A DNA stretch of 63,603 nt, the filler included, from Reclinomonas americana ATCC 50394 (lineage: Eukaryota), in NCBI GenBank assembly GCA_048213135.1. It is 12 parts of 9 records of this genome, joined end to end, with 100 filler letters (N's around TTAATTAATTAA, not from the genome) between each part and the next. Parts side by side here need not be neighbours in the genome. Positions count along the whole stretch, not along the records: positions 24,292 to 39,275 come from PS016038.1; 11 more parts are not named here. The stretch is one strand, 5' to 3'. The position numbers were made by a program, and so were the translations under genes. Below, in pieces: positions 25,052 through 38,450 of the stretch; within the stretch, counting starts at the first letter, position 1, and each line of letters begins with the position of its first letter. The notes under the pieces were generated by a model. The model was not told where the DNA came from and ran no database searches. It worked only from the letters and a program-made list of their open reading frames with translations.

Positions 25052-27164
25052 ATGTTTGACGATGAGCTGCCATACCCGATCGACGTGCCATCCGCAGTCG
25101 TCGCAGATCTAGAAGTAGTCGAAGGAGTCGAGACGGCAAAGCTAGTGTGCCCCTTGTGCCAGAATCGTTTCCACGATGGCAAGCGAGGTGGACTGCGCAA
25201 TCATATGCGTGTCTGTGCAGACTCGCACGAATGCTTGGATCGGATCCTGTCGCAAGACGAGATGTGGCTCGAGTGTCCACACGTGGCCCACCGAGACGGC
25301 GATGCTGGCCGTGCTGCTGGTAGGGTTGTCTGTGTTCGCAATCGCCGCCACTCGTGTCACGTGGCCGAGTTTCCTCACACTTTTTCTGAGCAGGAGACGA
25401 ATCGATATTTGCAAACAACGACGCCGGTCGCGAGGCATTCTTTTATCACTGGATTCAACGACACGTGAGAAGGGATCGCAATCGCGTGCTTGCGCTGCCG
25501 GCCCGACGTGGAGGAAGAAAGCGCAAGAGCTCGCCAGCTGCCGATGGCAACCTTGCTGGCGAGCAGGAGCCCGCTCTCGCCTATGTCGGTGAAATTGAGC
25601 CTGGTGCGTTCGCGTTTGGCGATGCTCATGTCAGTATTCGGTGGTGCACTGCTGCGTCCTATGCACGCGACTTCGCCGCACCTACTGACGATAATGCTGC
25701 AGCTCTGCACGATGCCGCTGTGGATCCACTGCAACCGCCTGCAGATCACGGTTTCGACATCGTCGATGCCATGGGCGGTGGTGAGGGCTCGGATGCTGAG
25801 GTTGGCGACGCCGACAATGGTGGACAACTTGTGCCCTTCGAGGATGACGACGATGACGCACCGGACGAAGAGCTGATCGCTATGGTTGAGGCTCTTGGAA
25901 AGCCAGCCGACGCGGAGCAACCCGACGGTGACTCGGATCTTGACATGGATTCCGATGCGAGCGGCGACGAAGATGACGCTGGTGACAGTGGTAGTGACGA
26001 CAGCGACTCGCGTGGCGAACAGGATGATGATGCAGCAGGTACGTTGAACGCCATACACATGCGCACGCACGCACTCGCACGAGTCGCATTCGTGTGTGCG
26101 CGACTGGGATGTGAATTCTCTTGTTCCCCTTTATGGACACGCGAATGTGTGTGTGTGTGTATATATGTGTGTGTGTATGTGTGTGTGTGTGTGTGTGTGT
26201 GTTTGTGTGTGTGTGCGTGCTTGTGTGTGTGTGTGTTATTATGAGAGAGACGAGAGAGACCACGACTGCGTTTGCTCTCTGTGTCTGTACATCTATGATT
26301 TATTTTTGGTACTTTGCTGGCGTCCTCCAGACGACATGGCCGACGCTGCGGTTGAGCACCTCGTCGCTGTTGCTGCACAAGCGCACCCGGATCCGGCCTT
26401 CCACTCAGTGTGGTCAGGTCGGCACCGGCATGCTCGCCTGTTCAAGAAATTGCAGCGCCACTCTGGCGACCCAAGACGACTAGACGCGTTCAACATACCT
26501 GTTGGCGTGCGTCGCATTTTCTCGTTGTTTGTGGCCTTCGTGACCGCTCATCAGTGCTGCATGCTGTCCCTTTTGTTCACGGACAGATCTTTGATCCGAC
26601 TATGATACCCAAGCTACGACGGCACCCAGAGCTGATATTCAACGGTGAAGTGCTCTCCAATGCCACCGACCACTACGTTTCGTGTTGCAAAAGATTGTCT
26701 ACGTATAGGTCTTATCATGCGATCTGTGCTCACTGTACGCCGTGTGCCGGTACAGACTACATTCTCCGGGTATCGCGACTATGTCAACCAACATTTGCAA
26801 GTCAACAAATTGGTCGGTGTCAGACAGCTCTACACAGACGCTATGCTCACCAGAGAGCGAAAGCTGTTGCCGTTGTCCCTGCAGACGCTTCACAGACGAT
26901 TCGAGAAACTGCTCGGCAGTTACTTACTGGTTATGTGCTCCTGCCGTTCGCCACTCGGCGAGTGCTCGTCAACTGACGACATAACTCGTGTGCCTGACGA
27001 CAGGTTCGGGACGTCCGACCTGTCGGTGCTCCCGCTGGACCACCAATACCATGGGCAAGCCTCGTCGCTTGGATTCGATCGGTGATGGCGTCAGAAGAGT
27101 TGTCCGCCTGCGTCTTGCAGAGTGCGTGGAGATCCTGCTCCATTTGTGTTTGTGTATGTGTGCG

Positions 27165-27261
<97 letters not shown>

Positions 27262-29337
27262 CGATCTACTCACACGCGTGTCTCGACCTGTACTCGCAGA
27301 GCAAGCATATCGGCAACGTCCGCCAGCTGTCGGTGGACACGGGCATGATTGCTTCTCTGGTCCCGAGACCGGCCGATGTTGGTACGAATGCATCCGTTAT
27401 CTGCAGTCGCGCAAGAATGTGGACATTGATGGTGATACTCCGTCGCACGCTGCCTGTTGCACGCTTCCTAGCTCAAAGCATGCGTGCTCCGCAGACCCAA
27501 ATATCGTTATTCTGCATGTGCGGTGCCATTCAGACGGATTCGAAACGCGCCTGAAGCGCGATGGCTCCTACGAGTTCGCCTACACACTTGAAGAGTTCGA
27601 GTCGTCATATCGGTCTGACAGCCGAGTGTGCACCATCCACATTGCCAGTATAGTGCGCTCCGTCGACATCGATCATGTTGCGATTGGTGTCGATTGTCTC
27701 TTCGCCGCGCAGAATGTTGACCTTGAGGAACTCAGTAATGGTCAGTGCATGATGTGCTTGAGGTGGGCATGGGTGTGGCGCGCTCATCACGTTCACTGCG
27801 TGCAACCTGTAGGTGTGGACATGTACGTCGCCGCTGTCGATGGCACTCGCACTGTGTACGCTGTCTTCCATGCGTACTCCGGCGACATGGTGGCGATAAA
27901 TCAGACAGGCGGACTAAAGCCGCCGGGCTCATTCACTGACAAGTTCTGCTCGGCGTGCGTAGCGAGGAATGATGACTGCATGTCGTTCTTGCTGGATAAC
28001 AAGTCGGCGCAAAATGTCGTTGGTAATGTTGATGAGCTGCGAGAAAACAGGTTCGCCCAAGAATGGGCGTTCGTGAATGCGATCGAGCACGCTCCGCCGG
28101 ATGCGAGTCGCGAGTTTGGTTACAATCGACGATCTGGTGAGTGTGTCTTTGTAAATTCTCCCTCTCTTACGCGCGCACATGTGCACACACACACACACAT
28201 CACGAGTGAGTAGTTGATGCAGAGAAGATGCAGAGAAGGGCGTATACAGCTAGCTTTGCGTCTGACTCACGGTGCTGAATGCCAGCTCTTTGGTATGCTC
28301 CGGGCATCAGCGACGCTGAACGGGCACTCACTCCAAACCTGGTCGTCGACCTAATGGTATGTGGATGCCGTGCGCGACGTGCTCGTCTGCCATGAAATGT
28401 ACATCGAGCGTGCCGTGCTCACCGTCGTGCTGTCTGTGTACGTACAGCATCAACAATTCTCTGGAGATGCCGCCGATCATTTCAGTCGATTTTTGACGCT
28501 ACTGGATCGTGCGTACGGTCCCGGCTTCTTCACTCCCGGACTTTCGGGTCGATTACACTCGTACCGCAATTTGCCCTGTGTTGTCGACCGGGACTCCATA
28601 CCCAAGCTGCTGGATAGTGCCGCTGCCATGACCCGCACGCAGTTTCGTGTCCGTCGTCAATGAGTGTCGCCACACTTTATTCTCTCTCAGTCACGCACAT
28701 GCGTATCTGTCTGATCTGGGTGCACAGCATAACTACCAGCCAGAAGATGACACTAATGCTGGCATCGCTTGCTGTTCTTGGTCCGCTTGTTGAACGTGCA
28801 AGGGAGCGACTGCGGAACAAGGGCATGCAGGACCAGTTAGGCCAACTCAATCGAGCGGTCAGCGGGTGGATTGCGCATGTCCGCATGCTTCGACTGTTGT
28901 TGCGGCGGTCGATAACTGATGCCCAGCGTCGTAAGGTGAGCGCATTTCTTCCTGGGAGTCGCCTGAGACTGCAATGGTTTTCGCTGAGAGCCAGTGTGCG
29001 CTCCACCAGATTCAACTGCTGGCGTGCTTGTCTGCGCAGTGTCAATATGAGGTGTACGGTGCCAACCGGAATCATTCGACTTTCTTCACTCCCAAGTCTC
29101 ACATGTCTTCCCACTACGGATACTTCATTGAGCGATTCGGCGCCCTGAGGTCAGCACCAAACACTGCGTGCGTGCGCACACGTCTCGCTCGCCTCACATG
29201 CTGCTGCTGCTGTATCACCGACAGGAATTACATGTGCTACCCTTTCGAATCGACCATCAAGCGCCTGAAGAAGCTTGTGCGATGCAACACCAACGGCAAG
29301 AACACAGTGAGTACGACAGTACTTGCGTGCTACTGTT

Positions 29338-29368
<31 letters not shown>

Positions 29369-30404
29369 CTCGACAGATAGCTAGCTAACTCACATTGCGT
29401 GTCTTGGCCCCGCGCGCCATGTTGCAGGCTATGTTGGTGGTGCGGTTCTACCTTCTCAGACGCTTGGTCTCTCAGTTTTCTCTCTCGAAAGCCGTCACGC
29501 TCCCGAGTCAAATCGCCCCCCTCCCTCCTGTGAGTAACCTGATTGTTCCAGCTTGTGTCGACACGTCGCGCATGTACGACGCCAACTCCCTTGATCTCTC
29601 CCACCAGAGCGCCAAGAATCCACACACTGTATTCCAGCAACGGCCTGATGTGCTTGCTGTTGATGCCGACGGTCCAGCGCGGTCGGTGCTCTACGCCGGT
29701 ACACTCGACAGTGGATGGTCACAGCTTGAGGACCTCGCTGGAAATGTGGAGATCGTGACCGAGTTCAAGGAGCGAGTGAGCGGAGGTCAGGGGCATGGCC
29801 TTGGTCTACGTGTGCTTAGCTTGCGACTGTTTCCGCGTTGCACCGTGTGCTTCCGAAAGGTATGCGCCACAGCTGTCAGTTGTTGTCGAGAAGCAGCTGC
29901 ATGCACGCTGGTGAGAAGCTCATCACAATTTCGTGCCAGATTCAACCAGGTCATTGTGTGGCGTTTACTGACGTGCACCGTATCAACCTGCGTGGTGGGA
30001 AGGATGACATGGGCGGCTTCCCAGTTGGTATTGTGTGTACGTTTGTTGAGGTCTCCCCGCGTAACCTGTCAGCGGACTCTGTGGCGCGGCGATATTCGTC
30101 TCTCCGTCCGAGCGATCTGCAGGGCTGCCTCTACGTAATGGTTGACGCCCTTGAGCCGATTATCACACCCGCCGATCCGCCGCAGCTGCCCGGCTGCATC
30201 TTCGATCCAGTTTGCGCGGGGATCCTGTATCGGAAGACGGGGCGGCGGACTTTGGTTGCAGTTGCTGACGTTGGGGGAGTCGTTGAGCTGACGCCTCCGT
30301 GGACCTCCTTTGCAAAGGATTTTCGTGCGCGCGAGGCCGACGCCAGGTTGCCGGAAGGTTCACTGAGTGCAGATAATGTGCTTGTGTTTTCGCGCATGCT
30401 TTAG
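25052..30404 (+). CDS. CMC/CACTA-type DDE transposase (~16-17 introns) with N-terminal zinc-finger-like motifs and an acidic linker
   Basis: Spliced translation gives CPLC..HMRVC; FSGPETGRCWYE; LHVRCHSDGFE (first D); AYSGDMVAINQTGGLK..FCSAC (second D plus CxxC); VDLM/HQQFSG; PKSHMSSHYGYFIERFGALR/NYMCYPFESTIKRLKK (E). No frameshift is needed. Confidence 0.9.
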
Positions 30405-30470
30405 TGAAAGAATGAATCGTGTTTATTCGTGATCAAGTAGTCGAGCATGCCATCCAGCCCCTCGATGTAT

Positions 30471-33400
30471 TTAGCTCCTCGCAGCATTGCTCCTCAACGT
30501 CTTCGACCGCTTCTTCGGCGGAGACACGGAGCTGCTGCCGCCAACTGCAGGAGCCTCGCCCCCGCCTGATCCAGCGGCGTCGACTTCGACTGCGGTTACC
30601 GACCGTTGGCGTTTCTTCCCTTCCGCACCGTGAGGCGGCCCTAAGACGGGGTGACGATTCGCGGCGACGCTCGTGTCGTGAATGAGGCGCCAAGTGTTCT
30701 TGAGCGTGGTCATTGTTGTCGCGGCCGAACCAAACGGTACTACCGTTTGGTGGTGTGCCTTGCCCGAACCGGCGGTGGTGGCCAACTCTGCCAAGACTTG
30801 GCGAAAGCCAAGTGGCAGCCCGTGCATGTGATGTCGCTCTCCGAGGGCCTCGTCAGTGGCTGCGTCGCAAAAGAAAGCGGGCACTGTCAGGTGCGATCCG
30901 TCGGGCAGTCGCATGTCCTTCGTCTCGTCGGCGTTCTTCACCGAGGCAGCAAACAATGGGTAGAGGTCGCCCGTGATCCAATCAGTTTGGTTAACGTCAT
31001 TGAGCGGCCACCCGTGGTTGGACGTCAGCACCTCGTAAATGGCATCACGGAGCGCTAGTGCAGCGCTGGCACTCTTCTTCTTCTGTTTGCTGCTGCCAGC
31101 GAGCGTCACTTGACTCGCCATCAGCTTGTCGACCATGCTGCACAAGTCGAGAGAAGCAAACACACGTCCGCAGGTAAGAAATCGCCATGCAACTCTTTGA
31201 GTTGGATCCACGCGCAACACACGCAACTACTGTAGCAGCCCTTCCAAAACAAGTGTGCGGATCATCAATGGCACGTCGAGAGCAGAGCCAGGAATCGAGT
31301 TCCTCGACTGCAGCTTGTGGTGCTCCTCGAGGGCTTTGTCGTCACGGCCCAGCGCGGCTGAATTGATGCCGCCTCTGCGAAGAATGCAGCATACAGATGG
31401 CGAGTATACCGCGACCAGAGACACACAAGCAGAGAGGGAAATGCACTTGACATGAGGTCGCAGACGGCGAAAACACGCACAACATGAAACAAAGGCCCAC
31501 CGCCACAGGTATTCACGTACCGGGTATTCTCGGCACACCAGCGAAGACCGACGACCACTGACGAAAGCAGGCACTCTTTCGCCACACCGGTGGAGACGAA
31601 TGGAGGCGGTCTGTTGCTTGCGGGCACCTTGATGCCGGTGGCGCCTGACTTAGCATTCTTGAATGGCTCTTGTCGAATACCGAGACGGCTCCACTCTACA
31701 GCTGGCACAGTGTCGCCGGCCAATGTCGACATGCCACTCAAAGCGCTCGTCGTCTTCTCACCCGCTGGCAAGGCTTTCGCTACGCAATATCAATCGCATC
31801 AAGGAATGACGATCAGAACTCACGAAAACTATGGTACACACATGTGCACAAGAGAGAGAGAGAGAGAGGCGAGCGAAATCAAACCATCTGTGTGGGCCAA
31901 TACTTGCATGACTTCTAAATTGTGTCGGACGTGGTCAGCCACCGCCGCAGCTGCAGCAGCAGAAGGCGCGCCACCTTGTCCACCACCGCGACCACCGCGT
32001 CCACGTGTTCCAGCACCTCGAGCTCCACGCGCACGACCGCCGCGACCGCCGCGTCCACCACGTGCTTCAGCAGCCCCAGCAGCATCGGCATCGGCCCCAG
32101 CGGAGCTAGCGGCGGCCGTGGCCCGGGGAGCGCGGCCAAATACAGCCGAGAAGCGATCGGCAAAGAACAACGGCAGGAAGTTGAGAATAATGTGAATGAG
32201 AGCGGTAGATGCAAAGAACCGCCACAGCAACGCGTTCAGTGAAACGTTGAACATTCTGTGCAAGACAATAAAACTGAGGACGACTTGCATGACCTTGACG
32301 AATTCGACAGACAATCGTGCGCGCCACACATACCGATGCACGTACATGAATGCGAGAGCGGCGACTGGTGGATGCGAGAGGTATTCAAATGTGACGCCGT
32401 GTGGAATGTGGGCAAACGCCTGTGCGATGTCATCCGGACTGATCTCGCGGTTCGGCTCCGAACACAGATTCGCCACCGGTCCCTCTACGCGGTTACATGC
32501 ATGAGTGCAATCGACGACTGTGAGTACAAAAAATGTGTCGTCACTCGTAATGCGTACCGATTAGTGCTCGGGTGACAGCGGCGGTCTGATTCACGACCTG
32601 CCTGTATGCAGCGGCCGTGTCGACTGGCGGAGCGCCCGCAGCATTGCGCGTACTGATGAGTGATAACGCACGTTGCTGCGGTGCTTGTGTCCCGAGACCA
32701 CGCAGACAAACGGCAGCAGCAGCGACTGCTCCATCGCCGTTAGTGGTGATTGATCTGAGCACGAGATGGGCGCAATGTCGCGCGCAGGAGGAGGAATGAG
32801 CAACGCGTTAACGGCACCGTAGCGCGCTCGAACGTGGGTGCGTGCGCGACGAAAGCAACAGAAGCACGCAACAGCCGACTCTGGCCCTCCAAGTTGGTCT
32901 GTTGAAGCCGACCCTCGGGTGAAAACTCTTGCAGCAGACCAGATGGAAGGAGTGTGACAGCTCCAGCGCTCTCGGCCGACTGTCACGAGAGAGTCCGTGT
33001 CAAGAAGTACAATCGTCGCAGGTGGTTCAATTACACACAACACAGAAAGTTGTGACCACGAGCACAACACAGAACGTACCGCAGACTCAAGTTGGGCGTC
33101 AGTAAAAAATTGAGCTGCACGTGAGCCATCTTTTTCGGCAGCCTCCAGTGCTCGTTGCTCAGCAGCGAGAGTAGACGGGTTAGCCGGACGCAGACCGGTG
33201 CGCGTCTGCTTGCTTGACTTGGGCGCTCGCACGCCGCTCTGTACAGTAGCACAAAATATGAGCACATGCAGCATAGATGAACAGCCGCAGAAAGGCGGTC
33301 CCGCCACACCTTTGAATCGTCATCGCTTCCGCGCATCGCGTTCAAGTCTTCAATCAGCGCGCCAACCAGCTCGTCTTCGCATTCATCTTCGCTGAAGGAA

Positions 33401-34795
33401 TCCCTCGCAGCCGGTGCATGCACGGGTGGTGGTGGGGGCGGCGGTGGTGGTGGAGGCGGCGGTGAGGGCATCGGTGGAGACGGGCTCGAAGCACGAAGTA
33501 CCGGCGCCGGCTGCAGCACCGCCGCAGCTGCGGGTGTCGGTGTCGTTGTCGTCGTCGTTGTTGTCGTCGCCGTCATCGTATTTGTTGTCTTCTTCGCATG
33601 AGTCCGACCGGCCGTACGTCTCTTGCGCTCGGTAGCGGCTGTGAGCGGTGGGCGGCCGCGGTTGGGATCCGTTTCCAGTGCTTGCGCCTGTGCCTCCGGA
33701 TCCGAGTCGCTCTCCAGCAAGGCGGCAGCGTCGGCATACACTTCAGCCCTATGCATTGCTGTTCGCCCGCGAATCTCGATATGATTCTCCGCCTTTGCGA
33801 TCGCGGCGAACGATCCACGGTTCAGGTTGCTGACGACCTCGTGCACGGATGATTCGCACCGGTTTTCGGTAAGTGCGTTGAGCACAGTTTCGACAAGTGG
33901 AAATTCCACATGCGGAAGTGCGACGTAAAGGCGAGAGCCTGGTGACAAGCATGACAGTGTCGAGTGAGAAGAAAATTGGAAGCAGCACGTGTTCGTGCAC
34001 GATTCGGCGACGAAGGCAGCTAGGTAGAGACGTACCAGTGGTAACAATCTCTTTCTTGATCGCCCTCGCCTGCTTCTTCGCCTCCTTTTCGTTGGTGGGT
34101 GGTGGCAAGTCGAGCGCAGATCCGCCAGCGCGAAAGATGCGGGCCCCGTCCATCACATGGGCGCGCAAGTTCGCTCTGTAAGAAGCAGAATTTGAACGAG
34201 TCGTGTGGTCTTTCCAGAACAGGTCGGCAGCGTTGATAGCCACGCTCTGGCGGCCCGCGATCGGAAGTGCATGTACATGTGCATGAGACAGCACACACAC
34301 ACATACACACACACACAGAGAGAGAGAGAGAGGAGGAGAGGAGAGAGAGGAGGAGGAGGAGGAGGAGGAGGAGGAGGAGAAGCGTTGCTGGTGAGAACAT
34401 CAACAGAGGTCGATCATCGATTGCACAACGCTCACCTCAGTAGCAACAAGCTGTTCGAGCTCCTCGTTCGCGAGCTCCTCGAGCTCGTCAACTGTTGCAA
34501 CGTTGGACCGGCGGCCGTGCACAGCTGAACCTGCGGCTGTGGTCGACTTGCCATGGTGGCTGGCGCTGCTGTTGCTGTCCACGTGGACTGTGACGCTGCT
34601 GGCACTGTCCAAGCACATGCCGCCGCCGCCACCGCCCGCGGCGTCATCACCGGCCGCGGCACTGGTGCCGGCGCCGTGGCTACCAAACGACTCCGACTGC
34701 GATGAGGCGGTGCACGTGCCGACCATGGCCGTCAGTGAGCCATGAATGTTGGCGTGCACGGGACCAGTGCCAACGTCGTCCTCCGTGTTATGAAT

Positions 34796-34838
<43 letters not shown>

Positions 34839-35351
34839 GCGTTGTCGTCGTCGTCGTCGGCGTTGTCGTCGTCGTCGTCGTCGTCGTCGTTGCTCTGAGA
34901 TAAACGACGGCGGTGGTGGTGGTGGTGTTGGTCGACGGCGCCGGCGCGCGTGTTACTGGCACCGGTGGCGCTGACCGGTGGTCCACGTGGCGGAGCGAGA
35001 GGCAAGTTCATTGACCCAGCCTGCGACGACACTGGCGCTGACACCACTTGCTTGGGAGGCGTCTTCGGCGACTGTGTCGCCTCATGCGCCGCCGCCAGCA
35101 GCTGCAGTTGCTTCATTTTCTTCTTGTGCTTTTTCTTCTTCTCCTTTTCCTTCGCAAGGAAGGTGAAGAGCAGCTTTTCAAGCTTCTTCTCCGGGCAACG
35201 AAAGGGCGAAGAGACCAGTGCACAAGTGAGCAGAACGTTTTTCACCACCATATATATATGCATCATGTACATGAATCAGGAAATAACTGACCGACGATCG
35301 CGAGGAGCTGCCAGAGGACCCTGATGAGGATGAGTCGTCCTCGTCTTCCAT
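30471..35351 (-). CDS. Transposon-encoded orphan protein (~12 introns), convergent with the transposase
   Basis: Phase-compatible exons from MEDEDDSSSS (35351) to ...PPKKRSKTLRSNAARS*. Contains Lys-rich, poly-Asp, poly-Thr/Pro and RGG tracts. No recognisable domain. Confidence 0.75.
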
Positions 35352-36288
35352 CTCAACCCTTGACCTTGGCACGCGCAAGGAACAGAAAGAGAGCGCGACG
35401 ACAAATTTATAGGATATCCGAGGAGTATTCGTGCTCGCGATTCATCGAAATATTTATCGAACAGTGCATCGTCATCATGTGTTCAAATCGTCTCATTTAC
35501 CTCACACAATACTTTGCTCCCCGCAGATGCACACGTTGCGTTGATGCCCTGAGATCCGTGACGACGTTGTGCATTGCACACGAGTTTTTTATTATCCATG
35601 CACAGCGGCCGGTGGCAAGCGGGGCAGCTGTTGCGTTGTTATCATTTTCTATCGTTACCCATGTGCGTGCAAACTCTCATTTTGTGTGGCGCATACACAC
35701 AGTACATGTGAGTGTACGTGAGAGCGCGCGTCGCAACAACGTTGACATCAATATTAATGAGGAGTGGTGCACCGGTGAGTCGTGCGTTCGCGCAGCGTCT
35801 TGTCGTCGTCTATTTTTTGCAACCCGTGTCCTCACTTCATTATATTATCGTTTGGACAACGCACAGCTGCAGCACAGGAGCAGCTGCCCACAATGCTCAT
35901 CATGAAGCCGGCGAGTCTCGGTGAGTGCACGACGTCGAGTACGTGGAGCCACTTTGTGCGCAGCAGTTGCTGACTTTGTGTTCCATGCAGACGTGCTGAC
36001 ATATGCATTGCTAGCGCTCAGAAGCGCGCACACCGACATATTCGCCGGCACCCGCGAGGGCTCGTGACACTCGGCTCCCAAGAATTCGAATGCCGGCGCC
36101 TGTGTGTTCCTTGGCCACTGCTTACAAGTACTTTCACGTGCACACGGTGGACGGCTGAGCGCCGATCGCGACCTGCAGCTGCCGGTGCTGCATGCACGTG
36201 TGTGCGTGTGCGAGCGGGGTCACGGCACCGCGTGCGCACGCGGTATCGGGCGGCGCCGGCCGCGGTACCGGCCCTGGCAGCCAGCTGC

Positions 36289-36483
36289 TGGTGAAAAAAA
36301 TCGCCACATAAGTGGTGAAAAAAATCGCCACATAAGTGACCAAAGAAACAGCCAGGGAGATGAATGAAAGTGACGATTTTTTTCAACAGTTGAGGTGTAG
36401 AAAAGAGACCGGGGTTGCAAATTATTTTCATCATGACGATTTTTTTCGACATTCGTGAATCAATGGAAAATTGATTTCCTGTG
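36289..36483. repeat. Right subterminal repeats and TIR
   Basis: 24-bp direct repeat TGGTGAAAAAAATCGCCACATAAG x2 (36289-36336); TGACGATTTTTTTC at 36371 and 36434; TIR 36472-36483. Confidence 0.88.
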
Positions 36484-37259
36484 GATTGGTGTCTGTGTTG
36501 ATGTTTTGGATACGGTTGAACTTGGTCATCAAGACAGCTGTTGCTTGTTTGTTGGTGAATGAATTGTTGTTGTTAGAAATGATATGGGAGAAAGGGGAAG
36601 AAAGGAAGCACGAACGGGCGGTGAGCGGTGGAAATCGAAGCAATCCGGCATGGCGCCGAATGAAATGCAGCCGAGAAATCCGGCAGGGGGATGGATGGAA
36701 GGTGTGAGTGAGATGAATTGCACGATGGAGTCGATGGAGAGAGTGGAGAAGATGCACAGCATGGGAAACACTCACGCACAGACGCATGCAGCAAGCAACG
36801 GTGCGGATTCAGCTGAAATGATGGCCATTGATGGAATAACAGGGCGGGAATGAGGTCAGATTTGGAAACAAAGGATGGGATCACATGGGGAGAGAGGGGA
36901 AGAAGGATTCTGCCAGAGGGAATGCGGAATGCAGATGCTGGCGAGGAGCTGCAATTGATTGACTGATGCAATTCCGATGGAAGATTGAGAAAATTGTGGA
37001 GGGTGGAGGAGAGGTGGAGCAGGTCATTTGATGCAAGCATCATGTACAAGGAGAGGCGAGGAAGGGTGCTACGGTGGGGAATCAAGAATTGAGATACTGG
37101 TGGGGAGATACGAGGAGAGACATTTGATTGGTCACTTTCGAATTCACATAAATCGCAGAGAGAGGGTGAAAGGAGAGGTCAAATCGATCAGTGATTGATG
37201 GAGGAGTGGGGATGGAGAGGTGCGAGAGTGTATTCTTGGAGTGGAATGAGGAAAATAAG

Positions 37260-38450
37260 AAAGGCACGGGTGAGAATTGGGGAATGGAATTGGGGAAAGG
37301 AGATGGAAGGGCGAGAATTGGGGAAAGGAGATGGAAGGGCACAAGGGCGAGAATTGGGGGAAGGAGATGGGGAGAGAATAGAATGTGGAACCATATTCTT
37401 GAAGTGAAAGGAAGAATTTCGGCAATGCAAGAGGGGAATGGTGATATCGATGCAATGACGGAAATAGCTTNNNNNNNNNNNNNNNNNNNNNNNNNNNNNN
37501 NNNNNNNNNNNNNNNNNNNNNNNNNNNNNNNNNNNNNNNNNNNNNNNNNNNNNNNNNNNNNNNNNNNNNNNNNNNNNNNNNNNNNNNNNNNNNNNNNNNN
37601 NNNNNNNNNNNNNNNNNNNNNNNNNNNNNNNNNNNNNNNNNNNNNNNNNNNNNNNNNNNNNNNNNNNNNNNNNNNNNNNNNNNNNNNNNNNNNNNNNNNN
37701 NNNNNNNNNNNNNNNNNNNNNNNNNNNNNNNNNNNNNNNNNNNNNNNNNNNNNNNNNNNNNNNNNNNNNNNNNNNNNNNNNNNNNNNNNNNNNNNNNNNN
37801 NNNNNNNNNNNNNNNNNNNNNNNNNNNNNNNNNNNNNNNNNNNNNNNNNNNNNNNNNNNNNNNNNNNNNNNNNNNNNNNNNNNNNNNNNNNNNNNNNNNN
37901 NNNNNNNNNNNNNNNNNNNNNNNNNNNNNNNNNNNNNNNNNNNNNNNNNNNNNNNNNNNNNNNNNNNNNNNNNNNNNNNNNNNNNNNNNNNNNNNNNNNN
38001 NNNNNNNNNNNNNNNNNNNNNNNNNNNNNNNNNNNNNNNNNNNNNNNNNNNNNNNNNNNNNNNNNNNNNNNNNNNNNNNNNNNNNNNNNNNNNNNNNNNN
38101 NNNNNNNNNNNNNNNNNNNNNNNNNNNNNNNGGTGAAATCGATGCAATGACGGAAGTAGCTTCATTGTAGAAGGCACAAGGGCGGGGTATTTTGAATACA
38201 AGAGAAAGAGATGGGGAGAGAATAGAATGTGAAAACACATTCTTGAAGTGAGAGGGAGAATTTGGGCAATGCAAGAGGGGAATGGTGAAATCGATGCAAT
38301 GAGGGAAATAGCTTCACTGAGAGAGAAAGAAAATGGGAATAAAAGGCACAAGGGCGGGTATTTTGAATACAAGAGACGTGTGAATGAATAGGTGGTGTGT
38401 TTTAAAAGGGGTTGTATTTGAAAGAATCTGGGCAATTCAAGAGGGGAGTG
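37260..38450. repeat. Purine-rich satellite (~150-170-bp unit) flanking an N gap
   Basis: aaggcacaagggcg...gagatggggagagaatagaatgtg...ttcttgaagtga...ggcaatgcaagaggggaatggtga.atcgatgcaatga occurs on both sides of the gap (~37335-37470, ~38170-38315, partial ~38342-38447). Confidence 0.8.

Larger units (their letters stand above)
24308..36483 (+). mobile_element. Complete CMC (CACTA/EnSpm-like) superfamily DNA transposon, 12,176 bp, CACAG termini
   Basis: Left end CACAGGAAATCA (24308-24319) and right end TGATTTCCTGTG (36472-36483) are perfect 12-bp inverted repeats. 3-bp target duplication GAT at 24305-24307 and 36484-36486. Internal CMC-type transposase and subterminal repeats. Confidence 0.93.

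Noticed and set aside
27160..27260. (GT)n and similar poly-VC ORFs
   Set aside because: Ordinary intronic microsatellites, abundant throughout the window.
30471..35351. Fanzor/TnpB nuclease, Ulp1 protease or helicase as transposon cargo
   Set aside because: No RuvC D-E-D with zinc ribbon, HW..Q..DCG or Walker motifs were seen in the reconstructed exons.
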